From Armatimonadota bacterium (lineage in GTDB: Bacteria; Armatimonadota; SYMT01): a stretch of DNA of 64,000 bases. The position numbers and the translations under genes were made by a program. Positions within the stretch are counted from its first letter, which is position 1. Every line of letters begins with the position of its first letter. The stretch spans positions 64,001 through 128,000 of the forward strand of contig JAWLHY010000017.1 of assembly GCA_041690135.1 (NCBI GenBank). The letters run 5' to 3'. Shown here in pieces: positions 11,038-21,133 of this stretch. The notes beneath the pieces are model-generated. The model was not told the origin of the DNA. It ran no database searches and worked only from the letters and a program-made list of their open reading frames with translations.

Positions 11038-11855
11038 GCTCGGGCTCCTCGCGACGGCGGGCGGAGCCAGGCTGCCAACTGCGAGACGCGGGCGGCGAAC
11101 GCAGGCACGTCGTCGAAGTCACCCACCAGTGTCCTGCGCAATGCGAAGAGGGAGGTGAAGTCGTCGTTGGCTCCCGGGTCGGTGGTCAGCGCGCAGGAGT
11201 ATCCCAGTGATTCGGCGACCCGGCAGAGGTCCGGGGTGTAACTTCCATACGGAAAGGCAAACGGCATCTCACGGGCTCCCAACTCACTCCCGATGCGCTC
11301 CTGGGACGCCCGCAACTCCCGCTCCGCCTCCGCTGGGTCGATCTGTGCCAGCTTCGGATGGCTGCAGGTGTGGGAGCCGAAGTCGAACGTGGTCCCGCCG
11401 GCGAGGCGCCGGGCCTCTGCCCATGAAAGTGCCTGCTGATCGTCGAGCGGCGACCACGACAGGGTGGGTTCGTCCTCTTGCCGCTGGCGGTCGGCGATCA
11501 GAAAAACAGTGGCCGGAAAGTCGTGCTTCCGCAGGCGGGGTGCTGCGACCGTCAGAAAGTTGCGGTACCCGTCATCAAAGGTCAACACCACGGAGTAGGC
11601 GGGGAGAGGTCTTCGTTCCTGTCGCGCTCGCAAGAACTCCCGTAGGGACAGCACGTGGTAGTGTCGGGCGAGATAGGCAAGCTGGGCCTCAAAACGCGCG
11701 GCGCGCACGTGCAGCCCGGCTGGGTCCTCCGGGCTGGCTTCTTGCCGGCAAGTGACGCCGTGGTAACAGAGGATCACCGTGCGCCTGCGGTTGAGCCAGG
11801 CGGCCAAGCGCGTGAGGCCGCAGCAGTGCAAAAGGGCGAACAGGTACCGCTTCAT
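11034..11855 (-). CDS. Polysaccharide deacetylase (NodB/CE4, IcaB-like)
   Basis: ILCYHGV, LTFDDGY, FGSHTCSH, FAFPYG. Start reassigned to ATG 11855 (ATGA overlap). Confidence 0.9.
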   Translation of the reverse strand: MKRYLFALLHCCGLTRLAAWLNRRRTVILCYHGVTCRQEASPEDPAGLHVRAARFEAQLAYLARHYHVLSLREFLRARQERRPLPAYSVVLTFDDGYRNFLTVAAPRLRKHDFPATVFLIADRQRQEDEPTLSWSPLDDQQALSWAEARRLAGGTTFDFGSHTCSHPKLAQIDPAEAERELRASQERIGSELGAREMPFAFPYGSYTPDLCRVAESLGYSCALTTDPGANDDFTSLFALRRTLVGDFDDVPAFAARVSQLAAWLRPPSRGARA

Positions 11856-12652
11856 CGGCTCCCCGCGCTGCCTAGCGGCTTGCGATAGCGGCCGATGTAG
11901 CCATGAGCGAGGAACGATGGCAGTGCGGCGCGGGTGGCATGGCAGCGCTCGAACGGAGCGTTCAGGCGCATGCAGATGCCTGGCGCCAAACGGGGTAGGG
12001 GATAGGGTAGCGGTGTGAAATGATACTGCGCGCCGGCCTCCCACTCCAGACCCGCGCGGCGGGCAGCCGCGTCCAGTTCATCCGGCTGGAGGCAGAGGCG
12101 CGGCAATCGATCCGCGCTGCCCAGACCCAGGAGGCGCGCCGCGCCCCGGAGCGGCGCCGTTAGCGAGATCATCACGCGGTCTACATGCATCCGCTTGGGC
12201 ACTGTCACCAGTGCCACGCCTCCCGGTTTCAGAATGCGCCGGATTTCCCGCAGGGCCTTGTCGGGAGTTTCCAGGTATTCAAGCACCGCCATGCAGATCA
12301 CGGTGTCGTAGGTATCGTCCGGCAACGCCAGCGCCTCGATGTCGCCCTGTCGAAAGCTGACCTCCGGAACGCCCTGGAACCGTACGGACGCTTCTCGCAC
12401 CATTTCCGGAGAGTAATCGATACCCAGGAAGGCGCCGCCCCTTTCCCGGATGGCTTCCACCATTACGCCGGGCCCGCATCCCAGGTCGACCACCTGTCCC
12501 GGCCGTTCCGGAAGCAACTCCAGGATACGGGCGCGGCGGACGTGGAAGTGATAGGTGAAGCCATCCGCCACCGCATAGAGCCGGGACCAATCCCCGGAGG
12601 CGGAAAGGCGGTCGAAATGCTCCAGGACAGCTTGTTTATCCGCTGACGACAC
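11852..12652 (-). CDS. Class I SAM-dependent methyltransferase
   Basis: VDLGCGPG, GIDYSPEM, GDIEAL, RILKPGG. Confidence 0.88.
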   Translation of the reverse strand: MSSADKQAVLEHFDRLSASGDWSRLYAVADGFTYHFHVRRARILELLPERPGQVVDLGCGPGVMVEAIRERGGAFLGIDYSPEMVREASVRFQGVPEVSFRQGDIEALALPDDTYDTVICMAVLEYLETPDKALREIRRILKPGGVALVTVPKRMHVDRVMISLTAPLRGAARLLGLGSADRLPRLCLQPDELDAAARRAGLEWEAGAQYHFTPLPYPLPRLAPGICMRLNAPFERCHATRAALPSFLAHGYIGRYRKPLGSAGSR

Positions 12653-13670
12653 CGGTCTCCGTTCCTCTCACCGTTTCGGGTCGCGACCCGAGGTAGGCCT
12701 GGAGCCACCCCACAAGCGACGCTGTTTCCACAATAGCCCATACGGCCGCCGTACCCAACACCCGGTGCGGGGCCAGCAGCCAGCCGATGCTGCGCGAATC
12801 CCGGCGGATCCACATGCCGCGGACCACCCTCGCTAACCAGAGTAGCGGGGGCGCCGCGGCCCATGCGGGTGAGGCCGCCAGCGCCAGAACCAGGAAGCCG
12901 CCGCAGAGGAGATAGAACCGGGCGAGGCCGTAATGCCACTGGCGCTGGCGGCCCGCCCATGCGTTATGCCGGGAGAACGTCGAAAATCGGCGGAACAGGG
13001 CCGCGGGGGAGGGCGGGAGCTTCCACCAGATGGTGGCTTCCGATGCCCACGCGGCCGGGATCTCCGCCGCCGCGACTCGCTCCATGAAGATCAGGTCTTC
13101 AGCAGCGCGCAGATCCGGAAAGCTTCCCACGCGGCTCCAGGTGTCTTTATGGACCAGGCTAGAGGCAATGAACGGTCCGCGCATGACGCCTCCCGGCCGC
13201 GGGGAGCGGGGATGGACGAAGACGAGGGCTTCGCACTCTTCAAAGAACGACCGCACCTCCGGCTCGAAGTTCCCGTATACGATCCCGGCTTCGGGTTGGG
13301 ACCGGGCCGCATCCCAAAGCCTGGAGAGCCACTGCGGCTCGAGGCGGATCCCGGCGTCCGTGAGGGCAATCCAGTCGCACCGCGCGGCCGCGATCCCCAC
13401 GTTCCGCCCGCGGCCCGGCGTGGCGGGTCCCGCCTCGATAATCCGGTATCTCGGATCCTCGGCTGTGAGTTCCCGTGCCAGTTCAACGGTGCCGTCCGTC
13501 GACGCGCCATCCACCAGGATGATTTCGGACGGCTGCAGTTCCTGGGCCTGGATCGTTTCAATCAGGGCCCGCAGTGTACCCTCTTCATCGCGCATGGGAA
13601 CCACCAGGGCGATCTCGGGCCGAGCGGCCTCCGAGTTGGGTGCGGAAATCAGTTCTGCAGGATGATCCAT
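12636..13670 (-). CDS. Glycosyltransferase family 2 with C-terminal membrane segments
   Basis: LVVPMRDE, LVDGASTDGT, GRNVGI, LTDAG, AAEDL; hydrophobic C-terminus. Confidence 0.88.
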   Translation of the reverse strand: MDHPAELISAPNSEAARPEIALVVPMRDEEGTLRALIETIQAQELQPSEIILVDGASTDGTVELARELTAEDPRYRIIEAGPATPGRGRNVGIAAARCDWIALTDAGIRLEPQWLSRLWDAARSQPEAGIVYGNFEPEVRSFFEECEALVFVHPRSPRPGGVMRGPFIASSLVHKDTWSRVGSFPDLRAAEDLIFMERVAAAEIPAAWASEATIWWKLPPSPAALFRRFSTFSRHNAWAGRQRQWHYGLARFYLLCGGFLVLALAASPAWAAAPPLLWLARVVRGMWIRRDSRSIGWLLAPHRVLGTAAVWAIVETASLVGWLQAYLGSRPETVRGTETGVVSG

Positions 13671-13745
13671 CTTACATCACCGGGTGACGGCGCCGCTCAC
13701 GTGAGCCGAAGCAGGCGTTTCGAGGTCCGGGAAGCGCGAGGCGAC

Positions 13746-14876
13746 TTATACCGAACCGCCGAGCGACTCATAGAGGCGCTGGTACGCCGCGGCGGTGGTA
13801 TTGGCTCCCAGGTGCTCCAGAAGGTAGCGGCGGCCCTCGCGGCCGAGGTGCCGCGCCCGCTCCGGCTCCTCCGCCAACTCGATGAGTGCCGAGGCCAGCG
13901 CGGTGCTGTCTCCCTTCGGAACGAGGAGGCCCCGCTCGTTTTCGCCCAGCACGTCCGGCGCGGCGCCCACGGGGGTCATCACCAACGGTCGTTCGAGCGC
14001 CAGTCCCTCCATCAACACCTGGCAGAACGACTCGCACAGCGAAGGAATGGCGACCGCGTCCGCCATCGCGACCCAGTCCAGAGCGTTGTCGCGCCAGCCG
14101 GCAAAGTATACGGAATTCTCGATCCCCAGTTTCGCGGCCTGCAGCCGGAGGCTCGCCTCGCGCGGCCCGCTCCCGACCAGCACCACCCGCAGGTTCGGCC
14201 GGCGCGCGCGAACGGCGGGTACCGCCTCCAGGAGGTGCTCTAGGCCCTTCTCCGGGTTCAACCGGCAGCACGCGAGCACCACGTAGTTCCCTTCCAGTCC
14301 GTGCTCCCGGCGAATCCGGGCGGGTGCGTCCGGGGTAGAGGGCCGGTAGCGTTCGAAATCGAGGCCGAAGGGGATCACCTCCACCTTCCCGGCCGGCACC
14401 CGCTGGCGTTCCGTCAGCAGTCGGGCGATATCCTTCGCCGGAACGGCGATCCGGTCCGCCGTCCGGTTAGAAAACCCTTCGCCCTGGAGGATCACCTTCT
14501 GCTTCCATCCACGGGTCAGGTAGTAGATGTGGTCTGAGTAATGACGGCCCACCACGTAAGCCGGAACGCGTGCCAGCCTCACCGCGAGGGCGGCTATCAG
14601 GTTCTCGTGGTAGTGGTGCGCCTGGAGGACGTGGGGACGGAACTCTCGAATCTCCCGCAGCAGTTCTCGCAGCATCCGTCCCCAGTTTCGGGGGCCACAC
14701 GACTGGTTCAGGCACCGGGTGGCATACGCTTCCACGGGGCGATAGGGCGCGACCTGGCGTGGCGGGACACCGGTCAACGCGCGGACGTCGAACCGCTTCC
14801 GGTCCAACCGCGTGAGCACCACATCGATGATATCCCAGCGGTTGATGATCCCGGCGAAGTGAAGAATGCGGAGCAA
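13746..14876 (-). CDS. Glycosyltransferase family 4
   Basis: CRLNPEKGLEHLL, FAGWRD, PSLCESFCQVLMEGLA; TTG start is the first possible start after an in-frame stop. Confidence 0.88.
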   Translation of the reverse strand: MLRILHFAGIINRWDIIDVVLTRLDRKRFDVRALTGVPPRQVAPYRPVEAYATRCLNQSCGPRNWGRMLRELLREIREFRPHVLQAHHYHENLIAALAVRLARVPAYVVGRHYSDHIYYLTRGWKQKVILQGEGFSNRTADRIAVPAKDIARLLTERQRVPAGKVEVIPFGLDFERYRPSTPDAPARIRREHGLEGNYVVLACCRLNPEKGLEHLLEAVPAVRARRPNLRVVLVGSGPREASLRLQAAKLGIENSVYFAGWRDNALDWVAMADAVAIPSLCESFCQVLMEGLALERPLVMTPVGAAPDVLGENERGLLVPKGDSTALASALIELAEEPERARHLGREGRRYLLEHLGANTTAAAYQRLYESLGGSV

Positions 14877-14960
14877 GGGAGTAAAGCGAGCGACGAGACG
14901 TGTTTCGGACGTTCAATGCCTGGTCCGGCAGGCGCGACGGGGTTCACGGGCTGTTGCGAG

Positions 14961-15104
14961 ACGCATTGCGTATTGCGTAATGCGTGAAGAAAGTAGGGCG
15001 GCTCGATTAGTGGGCAGGATGGGGGCACTCGGACTGATTGCTGCCTTCCGCCTACTGTCCTCTACCGGCTGTCGCCCCCATTCATCCTTCATCCTTCACC
15101 CTTC
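14961..15104. repeat. Cluster of short heptamer tandem repeats (STRR-like)
   Basis: (TGCGTAT)(TGCGTAA)(TGCGTGA) at 14967-14987; degenerate CTGCCTT/CCGCCTA/CTGTCCT at 15041-15061; (TTCATCC)(TTCATCC)(TTCACCC)TTC at 15081-15104. Confidence 0.65.
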
Positions 15105-16068
15105 CGGAGGCAGTTTCCAGCCCTTCCTGGTAGCCACGATAGATGGCCGCACCGAGCAAGAGGCGGTAGAGGCGCCACAGGACAGGGGGCCACGGGCACA
15201 CCCTTTCGAGGAGGGCGCACTTGGCGAAAAGCGCCGCCGAAAGCGGCCTCCAGTTCAAAAGCCGTTTGAGTTGCTTGCGCGCCCAGAGAGACGGCGGGTC
15301 GGTGTCCCACTGGGGCGGGGAGTTCTCTCTACGGATGTCCGGGCGGGGGTAGGCCTCCCCCCACTTGGCGGCGAAGAGCGGTTCCGAGCGGGTGTAGGAA
15401 CGCTGGCGCTCGCAGTAGTCGCGGATCGTAAAACCGGCCCAGTCGTTGTGAACACCCAGTAGCGCGGGGACATACAGGATCCGGATGCCCTGCTGCCAGG
15501 CGCGCATGGCCAGGTCGAGGTCCTCGACACTCGCAATGCCGTAAGACTCATCGAACCCACCGAAGCGTTCGAAGTCCGTCCGGGGCATCGAAACATTCTG
15601 CGCCGTGAGACCGCGCGCTTCGCGGGGCGGGGCATCCGGCGGATCGTAGTTGAACAGCGTGCGCCGGAACCGTCCGAAGGGGGTCTTCTCCTGTTCCGGC
15701 AGGTTGACCAACTGACCGACGATCCAGCACCCCGCATTTCTCCGCAACGCTTCGAAATGTCCCTGTACGAACCCGGGCTGCACGAGAATGTCGTTGTCCA
15801 GGAACAGGATGAACTCGCCACGGGCGGCTGCAGCGGCGGCGTTGCGCGCCCGCCCGGCGCCCGCAACCGGCTCGTGAACCAGGCGCAGGGGCACCGGCAG
15901 TTGGGCTTCGGCCACTACCTGGTCTGTGTCGTCGCTACAGCAGTTGTTGACCACGACCACTTCCCAGGCGAAGCTGCACTCCTGCGCTGCGAGGCCCGCC
16001 AGAGTCAGCGCCAGGGCATCCGAGCGGTTGTGGGTCGGAATGAGCACGCTCAGGGCCGGTTCGGGCAT
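15082..16068 (-). CDS. Glycosyltransferase family 2
   Basis: SVLIPTHNR, VVNNCCSDDT, ARNAA, LFLDND, GGFDESY...VEDLDL. Confidence 0.9.
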   Translation of the reverse strand: MPEPALSVLIPTHNRSDALALTLAGLAAQECSFAWEVVVVNNCCSDDTDQVVAEAQLPVPLRLVHEPVAGAGRARNAAAAAARGEFILFLDNDILVQPGFVQGHFEALRRNAGCWIVGQLVNLPEQEKTPFGRFRRTLFNYDPPDAPPREARGLTAQNVSMPRTDFERFGGFDESYGIASVEDLDLAMRAWQQGIRILYVPALLGVHNDWAGFTIRDYCERQRSYTRSEPLFAAKWGEAYPRPDIRRENSPPQWDTDPPSLWARKQLKRLLNWRPLSAALFAKCALLERVCPWPPVLWRLYRLLLGAAIYRGYQEGLETASGRVKDEG

Positions 16069-16069
16069 G

Positions 16070-17218
16070 TTAGCGGGCCGCCTTTCGAGCCCGGACTACC
16101 CGATCGTAGACCGCCGTCACCTGCTCCCGGAACACCTCGGGCGAACAGGTCGCCCGTGCGTAGTCGATCATCCGTGGTCCGTCCCAACTCTCCATACGAC
16201 AACCCAGGTTACGGATGGCATCCGCCAGGTTCTCGGGGGATCGAGGCGGCACCAGGACTCCGGCCCAATTGGGAATCAACTCCGGCAGCGCTCCGACCGC
16301 GCACCCCAGGACGGGACGCCCGCACGCCAGTGCCTCCAGATAGGCCATCCCGTAAGTCTCATAGTCGCTGGGGATGACCAACGCGTGGGCCGCCCGCAGC
16401 CGGTCGGCCACCTCGGACGGTGGGAGCCAGCCCCGGAATGCGATCTGCTCCTGCACCTCCAACTTCCGCGCCAGCGCTTCGAAGTCCGCCCGCGCGGGAC
16501 CGTCACCCAGCACCTCCAGCCGGAAGGGGAGGGCTTCCTGCTTCCGGAGCCGGGCGAGCGCCTCCAGGAGTACATCGAGCCCCTTGGCCCGGTTGTCGAT
16601 ACGGCCGGAGTAGACCAACCGAAACGGTGGTGCCGGGGGAGCGGCCTGATACGGACGGATGAACACCGGGTCGAGTACGTTTCCAATCACCGGGACCGGC
16701 GGGCGGAGCCGCAGTGCGTCGATCTCGCTCGCCAGGGAGCGACTGACGGCAATCCACTCATCGGCGTTGCGGATGGCGTAGCGAAGGGCCCAGGAAGCCC
16801 GCCGGTCGCTTGCGAGGCGCTCCGCGATCGTGCCCCAGTGCTCCGTAACCACCACGGGAATTCGCAGCAGCTTCCCCGCGACTACGGCCGCCCATCCCGC
16901 CCGGGTTCCCATGTGCGCGTGGAGCAGTTCCGGTCGAAACTGTTTCCGCTCCCGCAGAACTCCGCGGAGGGCGGCCCCCAGAAAGGGGAGCCACCAGCTC
17001 TTCCGCACCTGGCGGAAGGGGATCCGGGTGACGGGAATACCGTGCCGCTCCGTGAGGATCGGCGCGAGTTTTGGCACCGTCACCTCTAGCGGCATCACCA
17101 CGCGGCAGGTGTGGCAAGTGGCGAGGGCGCGCGTCTGCTGCTCCGCCCAGATGCCCTTGAGCGATTGCTCGTCCGGATACTCCTGAACGAGGACCAGGAC
17201 CGCGCGCCCATCCTTCAC
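16070..17218 (-). CDS. Glycosyltransferase family 4
   Basis: LLHAHMG, VVTEHW, KGLDVLLEA, PSDYETYGMAYLEALACG. Start reassigned to GTG 17218 (GTGA overlap). Confidence 0.88.
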   Translation of the reverse strand: MKDGRAVLVLVQEYPDEQSLKGIWAEQQTRALATCHTCRVVMPLEVTVPKLAPILTERHGIPVTRIPFRQVRKSWWLPFLGAALRGVLRERKQFRPELLHAHMGTRAGWAAVVAGKLLRIPVVVTEHWGTIAERLASDRRASWALRYAIRNADEWIAVSRSLASEIDALRLRPPVPVIGNVLDPVFIRPYQAAPPAPPFRLVYSGRIDNRAKGLDVLLEALARLRKQEALPFRLEVLGDGPARADFEALARKLEVQEQIAFRGWLPPSEVADRLRAAHALVIPSDYETYGMAYLEALACGRPVLGCAVGALPELIPNWAGVLVPPRSPENLADAIRNLGCRMESWDGPRMIDYARATCSPEVFREQVTAVYDRVVRARKAAR

Positions 17219-18327
17219 TGCGCCGACTCGGCGGGTTTGCCTCCCCGCCAATTCCGGATCCACTGTTGCCGCCACCGGTCCAATGGGCGTTCGACCAGCA
17301 GGACAATTCCGGCGGAAACGATCAGCGACGCGGCCAGGTTGACGAGCAGTCCGCTCTTACCGAAAGCCGTGAGTACATAGGCTACGAGGAAGTGCACCAG
17401 GTAAAGCGGATAAGAAAGGTCTCCCAGCCCCCGGTCCCACGTACTCTTGGCGAAAGCCGTGAACAGGTAAGGAACGCCAAATATGAGGGCTATCGTCAGC
17501 AGTGCCGGTTTCTCCGGACCTCCGGGGAGCGCTTCAAAGAAAAGAATGGCCGCACCCAGGGCCAATAGCGCCAGCATGGGGCGGAACGGATCAGTCGGCG
17601 TCCACCATCGCGGCGCGGAGGGATGCGTGAAGAGGCGGTAGCCCAAGACTCCGGCGATAAAGAAGCCAACCTCAAAGGGGAACAGGCGGTAGACCCAGGG
17701 GTCGAAGGGGGCTCCCAGGCTCAATGCGGCGTAGCGCCCGGTGAAGCTGCACGCGAGGAGCATCGCCAGATCCCGGAGAGATCGGCGCATCAGCCAGGGC
17801 GCCACCGCGTAGAACGACAACTCCATCGCGACGCTCCAGGCTTGGGGGACCAGCAGCAGCGCGTGGCCGGAGGTCAGGCCTTCCGCGCCCGGTACCCCTA
17901 ACAGCATGGCTCGCAGACCCGCGTCGATGGTAGCGAGCATCAAGAAGTCCTGACCGATGATGCTCAGGTTGGTTAATCCTGCTAGCAAACGCGCCGGAAG
18001 GAGCAACCCCTCTGTGCCGACCACCAGGGAAGCAAACGCTCCTACCGACGCTTGATATCGCCAGTAGGCGACTGCCTGGACCAGTAAGGTCGCACTTGCC
18101 ACCAGCAGATAAGTGGGATAGAGACGAAGCGCCCGGCTGCCCAGGAAGAGGCAGTAGGAGTTCGGGTGATGCCGATATTTCCCATCGAGCACCATCGCCA
18201 TGTAGAAGCCGGAGATCACGAAGAACGCTTCTACCGCCGCCTCCGGGCGCAGCAGGCTAAGGGGACCTCCCGGGTTTAAATGGCCCAGCAGGACCGCACT
18301 CGCCAGCAACAACCGGATCAAGCCCAT
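17215..18327 (-). CDS. Acyltransferase family 3 (OafA/YrhL-like membrane O-acyltransferase)
   Basis: RLLLASAVLLGH, FFVISGFYM, RALRLYPTY, WSVAMELSFY, LGDLSYPLYLVH. Confidence 0.92.
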   Translation of the reverse strand: MGLIRLLLASAVLLGHLNPGGPLSLLRPEAAVEAFFVISGFYMAMVLDGKYRHHPNSYCLFLGSRALRLYPTYLLVASATLLVQAVAYWRYQASVGAFASLVVGTEGLLLPARLLAGLTNLSIIGQDFLMLATIDAGLRAMLLGVPGAEGLTSGHALLLVPQAWSVAMELSFYAVAPWLMRRSLRDLAMLLACSFTGRYAALSLGAPFDPWVYRLFPFEVGFFIAGVLGYRLFTHPSAPRWWTPTDPFRPMLALLALGAAILFFEALPGGPEKPALLTIALIFGVPYLFTAFAKSTWDRGLGDLSYPLYLVHFLVAYVLTAFGKSGLLVNLAASLIVSAGIVLLVERPLDRWRQQWIRNWRGGKPAESAQ

Positions 18328-18334
18328 GTGAGGT

Positions 18335-18886
18335 TCACTTTTCCTCGCCCGGATCGGTCAAACTCTTTCGAAAACTCGCGGGGACCCCGGCCCAGAGTTG
18401 CGCGGGAGGGACCGTTCCGCGGACTACTGATCCGGCGCCCACCACCGCTTTCGAGCCGACGGAACTGCCCGGCAGCAGGACACAACGCGCTCCGATCCAG
18501 GCGCCCGCTCCCACGCACACCGGCAGTTCCTCCGAGCCTTGCGGGCGGTGGTTCACGTTCTCGAAACAGCAGAACGGTCCGATGAGCGCGCCTTCTCCGA
18601 TGGTGATGGGCTTTCGCCCCTCCATACGACATCCCTGGTTGATGAAGGCATACCGCCCGATCTTGAGGCCGCTTGCATCGTGAACAAAGAGCGGCGAGTG
18701 GACCGTGCAGGGAAACTCGACCTCCGCCCCGGCCAATCGGAGCAGCACGGGCCGGACGAAGATGGCCACGGTGGTGAAATCGGGTAGCAGGTTGGCGAGG
18801 CCGATGAAGAAGCGCGTCCGCCAGAGCCGGAGGTCTTCGGCCAGGCAGCGAAAGAACAGGCGAGAAAGGGAACCGGTCCTAGCCAC
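18335..18886 (-). CDS. Hexapeptide-repeat O-acyltransferase (maltose/galactoside acetyltransferase-like)
   Basis: ITIGEGALIGP, VGAGAWIGARCVLLPG, VVGAGSVV, WAGVPA. Confidence 0.88.
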   Translation of the reverse strand: MARTGSLSRLFFRCLAEDLRLWRTRFFIGLANLLPDFTTVAIFVRPVLLRLAGAEVEFPCTVHSPLFVHDASGLKIGRYAFINQGCRMEGRKPITIGEGALIGPFCCFENVNHRPQGSEELPVCVGAGAWIGARCVLLPGSSVGSKAVVGAGSVVRGTVPPAQLWAGVPASFRKSLTDPGEEK

Positions 18887-20144
18887 GGGCCGGCCCCAGT
18901 TGCTGGTCGCCGCCGGCGCCCCGCCGCAAGTGCCGTCTGGCGCCGAACCACTCGCTGGCTCGGGACCACCCCAGGGCAGCCAGTATCACCAGCAATGCCT
19001 CGACCGGCGCGCGAAAGCGGGACTCCCCGAATGCGAAGAGCGCGGTGTAACTCCAGAACCCCATGAATATCCAGAACGCGGCACGGAGAGCAGGGTCGGT
19101 CCATCCGGCCCTAACGCCCGCGGCCGCCAGCAAGAGGATCACGAGCGGAATCAACACCTGAAACAAGACCTTGGCGATGACTACCGGCGGCGTGTTCCGT
19201 GCCAACGGCTCCGACCACTCGCGGTAGAGCGAGGGAATCAGGTAACCCAGATCGTATCCGAGAAACCCCTTCGCGGAGCGGGGGATCACCAGCAGCGCCT
19301 CCTGAGGCTTCCGAAGCGCTGTCTCTACCGCAATCTGCAAACAGGCGCGATCCCCGGCAACCTGCCCAAAGTCCTGCAGGATGCGGTCGCCGGCCTGGTA
19401 GGGTGCGGCGGGAGGTGGATCCATGAGGTGGGAGTACCGGATGTAAAGATTGAAGCCGGAAAAGGCCGAGAGACCCGGGTAATTGGCGTTGACAGCATTA
19501 CGCGCGACCCACGGCGCCAACACGAGGATACATGCCGCAATCATCTGTGCCGTTTCGCGGCGCTCTCGCCGCAGCCCCCTGGTGATCACAGCTGCCGGTA
19601 GCGCCACGAGGCAGATGGGTCTCACGAGCGTGGCCAGACCGATCAACACGCCCGCGAGGAGTGGACGCCGGGTCCCCACGGCCCGAACCACACCCAGAAG
19701 CAAAACCGAGGCGAGAGTCTCCGTCAGGATGTAGCTGCTCCACAACGCGAGGAAAGGGTGGAGTCCGATCAGCCAGAAGGCCGACCCGGCGACCGCTCGC
19801 GAATGGGGACGCAGGAGCGCGTGGGCGAGGTAGGCCATGGCGATCACCATGGCATGTTGGAGCAGTACGGCCGCTTGCGGAGAAGTCCCCGTTAACCAGA
19901 GAAAGAAGGGATATCCCGGGGTGCGCTGGACATGATCCCCCCACAGGTAGGCGGGGAAAGTCCGCGCCAACTCCCGGTAAACCTCGCTATCAGGTGACCC
20001 GGATATACCGGCTAGCGACACAAACGCGAGGTGGACGATGCCGAGAAAAATGCCCTGGGCCACACCGGGAGCACCGGGTAATCGTCGCTCGGGAGGTAGG
20101 GGGACGTCCACTACCGCCATCGTCTGCGCGTCAGTCGCTGCCAT
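18879..20144 (-). CDS. GT-C-type (ArnT/PMT-like) membrane glycosyltransferase
   Basis: PDSEVYRELA, RTPGYPFFL, ILTETLA, LATLVRP, PWVARN, ESRFRAPVE; many TM segments. Start reassigned to ATG 20144. Confidence 0.75.
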   Translation of the reverse strand: MAATDAQTMAVVDVPLPPERRLPGAPGVAQGIFLGIVHLAFVSLAGISGSPDSEVYRELARTFPAYLWGDHVQRTPGYPFFLWLTGTSPQAAVLLQHAMVIAMAYLAHALLRPHSRAVAGSAFWLIGLHPFLALWSSYILTETLASVLLLGVVRAVGTRRPLLAGVLIGLATLVRPICLVALPAAVITRGLRRERRETAQMIAACILVLAPWVARNAVNANYPGLSAFSGFNLYIRYSHLMDPPPAAPYQAGDRILQDFGQVAGDRACLQIAVETALRKPQEALLVIPRSAKGFLGYDLGYLIPSLYREWSEPLARNTPPVVIAKVLFQVLIPLVILLLAAAGVRAGWTDPALRAAFWIFMGFWSYTALFAFGESRFRAPVEALLVILAALGWSRASEWFGARRHLRRGAGGDQQLGPARG

Positions 20145-20149
20145 GTCCT

Positions 20150-21133
20150 TCAACACTCCGGGGACAAGGCGGAAGGGAAGAGCGCGATCAACCCGCTGGG
20201 CACCAGCAGGGGGTACAGATTGACCAACTCGCGGGGTTCGTCGTAGTAGCCGCCACCGAGGGAGTAGACCAGTAGGAATATTGGGACGCTGAGGAGCAGC
20301 CGTCGGAAGAACACGGGTTGCTGCTTCCATGCCAGGAAGGGGAGCACCCAGAACGCTCCGAACAGGTAGAGCCAGAACAGGTAATTGTTGTAGGGGTTCG
20401 GATTGGACACAAACTCCAGAAGTCCCGGTAGGTTGTGCGAGACAGAGCCCATGTGGGGCGATTGGAGCGTGCCCGTGGTCCACAGGCGCAGCAGTACCAG
20501 CGGGATCAGCCAGCAGAGGCCCGCGAGGAGGACCGGGATCAGCCAATCGCGGTGACGGGTGTCGAAAGTCGTGAACAGCAGGAAGAAGGGGAGTACGGCA
20601 GCCGACTCGCGATTCAGAGTGCCCAGAACGACCACCGGGTAGAGTAGCAGATACCGTCGCTGGTGAATGGCCCAGAGCCCCAGAGTGAACAGGAGAAGCT
20701 CCGGAAAGTCGGTGGGAAGCTCCAGAAGGTTGTTGAACGTCAGCGGCACGGTCGCGGCCACGAAGAGGGTGCCGCAAAAGGCAAGCTCCTCACTGAACCA
20801 CAGCCGGAGGTAGCGGTGAAACAGCGCGTAGGCGGCGAAGATGGTGACTAATCGCAGTAGCGCGAAGGCCTTTTCTCCGGGGAACCCCAGTTTCCGAGGC
20901 AGTTGCATCAGGGCTGGGAACAAGACCCGCGAGGCGTTGACCTTTTCGAGCGAATAGCCCTCGTGGGCAGAGGCCTCCCGGTCCGGCAACCGTTCCCAGA
21001 TCTGCTGCTGAAAGGCAGCGGCCGGTTCCCCCCGCAGGGGTCGCGGATAGAAGCTCAGCCAGCCGGTTATCACAGCGAGGAAAAGGTAGACCGCCAGGAA
21101 CCGGAGCGGAATCAGGGTTGCCCTGGGGGTCAT
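20150..21133 (-). CDS. Polytopic membrane protein, possible GT-C-like
   Basis: About 8 hydrophobic segments, RVLFP, TDFPE, GTLNRES, EPREL; translationally coupled within the cluster. Confidence 0.6.
   Translation of the reverse strand: MTPRATLIPLRFLAVYLFLAVITGWLSFYPRPLRGEPAAAFQQQIWERLPDREASAHEGYSLEKVNASRVLFPALMQLPRKLGFPGEKAFALLRLVTIFAAYALFHRYLRLWFSEELAFCGTLFVAATVPLTFNNLLELPTDFPELLLFTLGLWAIHQRRYLLLYPVVVLGTLNRESAAVLPFFLLFTTFDTRHRDWLIPVLLAGLCWLIPLVLLRLWTTGTLQSPHMGSVSHNLPGLLEFVSNPNPYNNYLFWLYLFGAFWVLPFLAWKQQPVFFRRLLLSVPIFLLVYSLGGGYYDEPRELVNLYPLLVPSGLIALFPSALSPEC

Noticed and set aside
20145-20777. N-terminal extensions in track ORFs (18879-20777, 7278-8921, 11034-12044, 4154-6301, 23297-24487)
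   Set aside because: They overlap upstream genes or precede obvious family N-termini; coupled downstream starts fit better.
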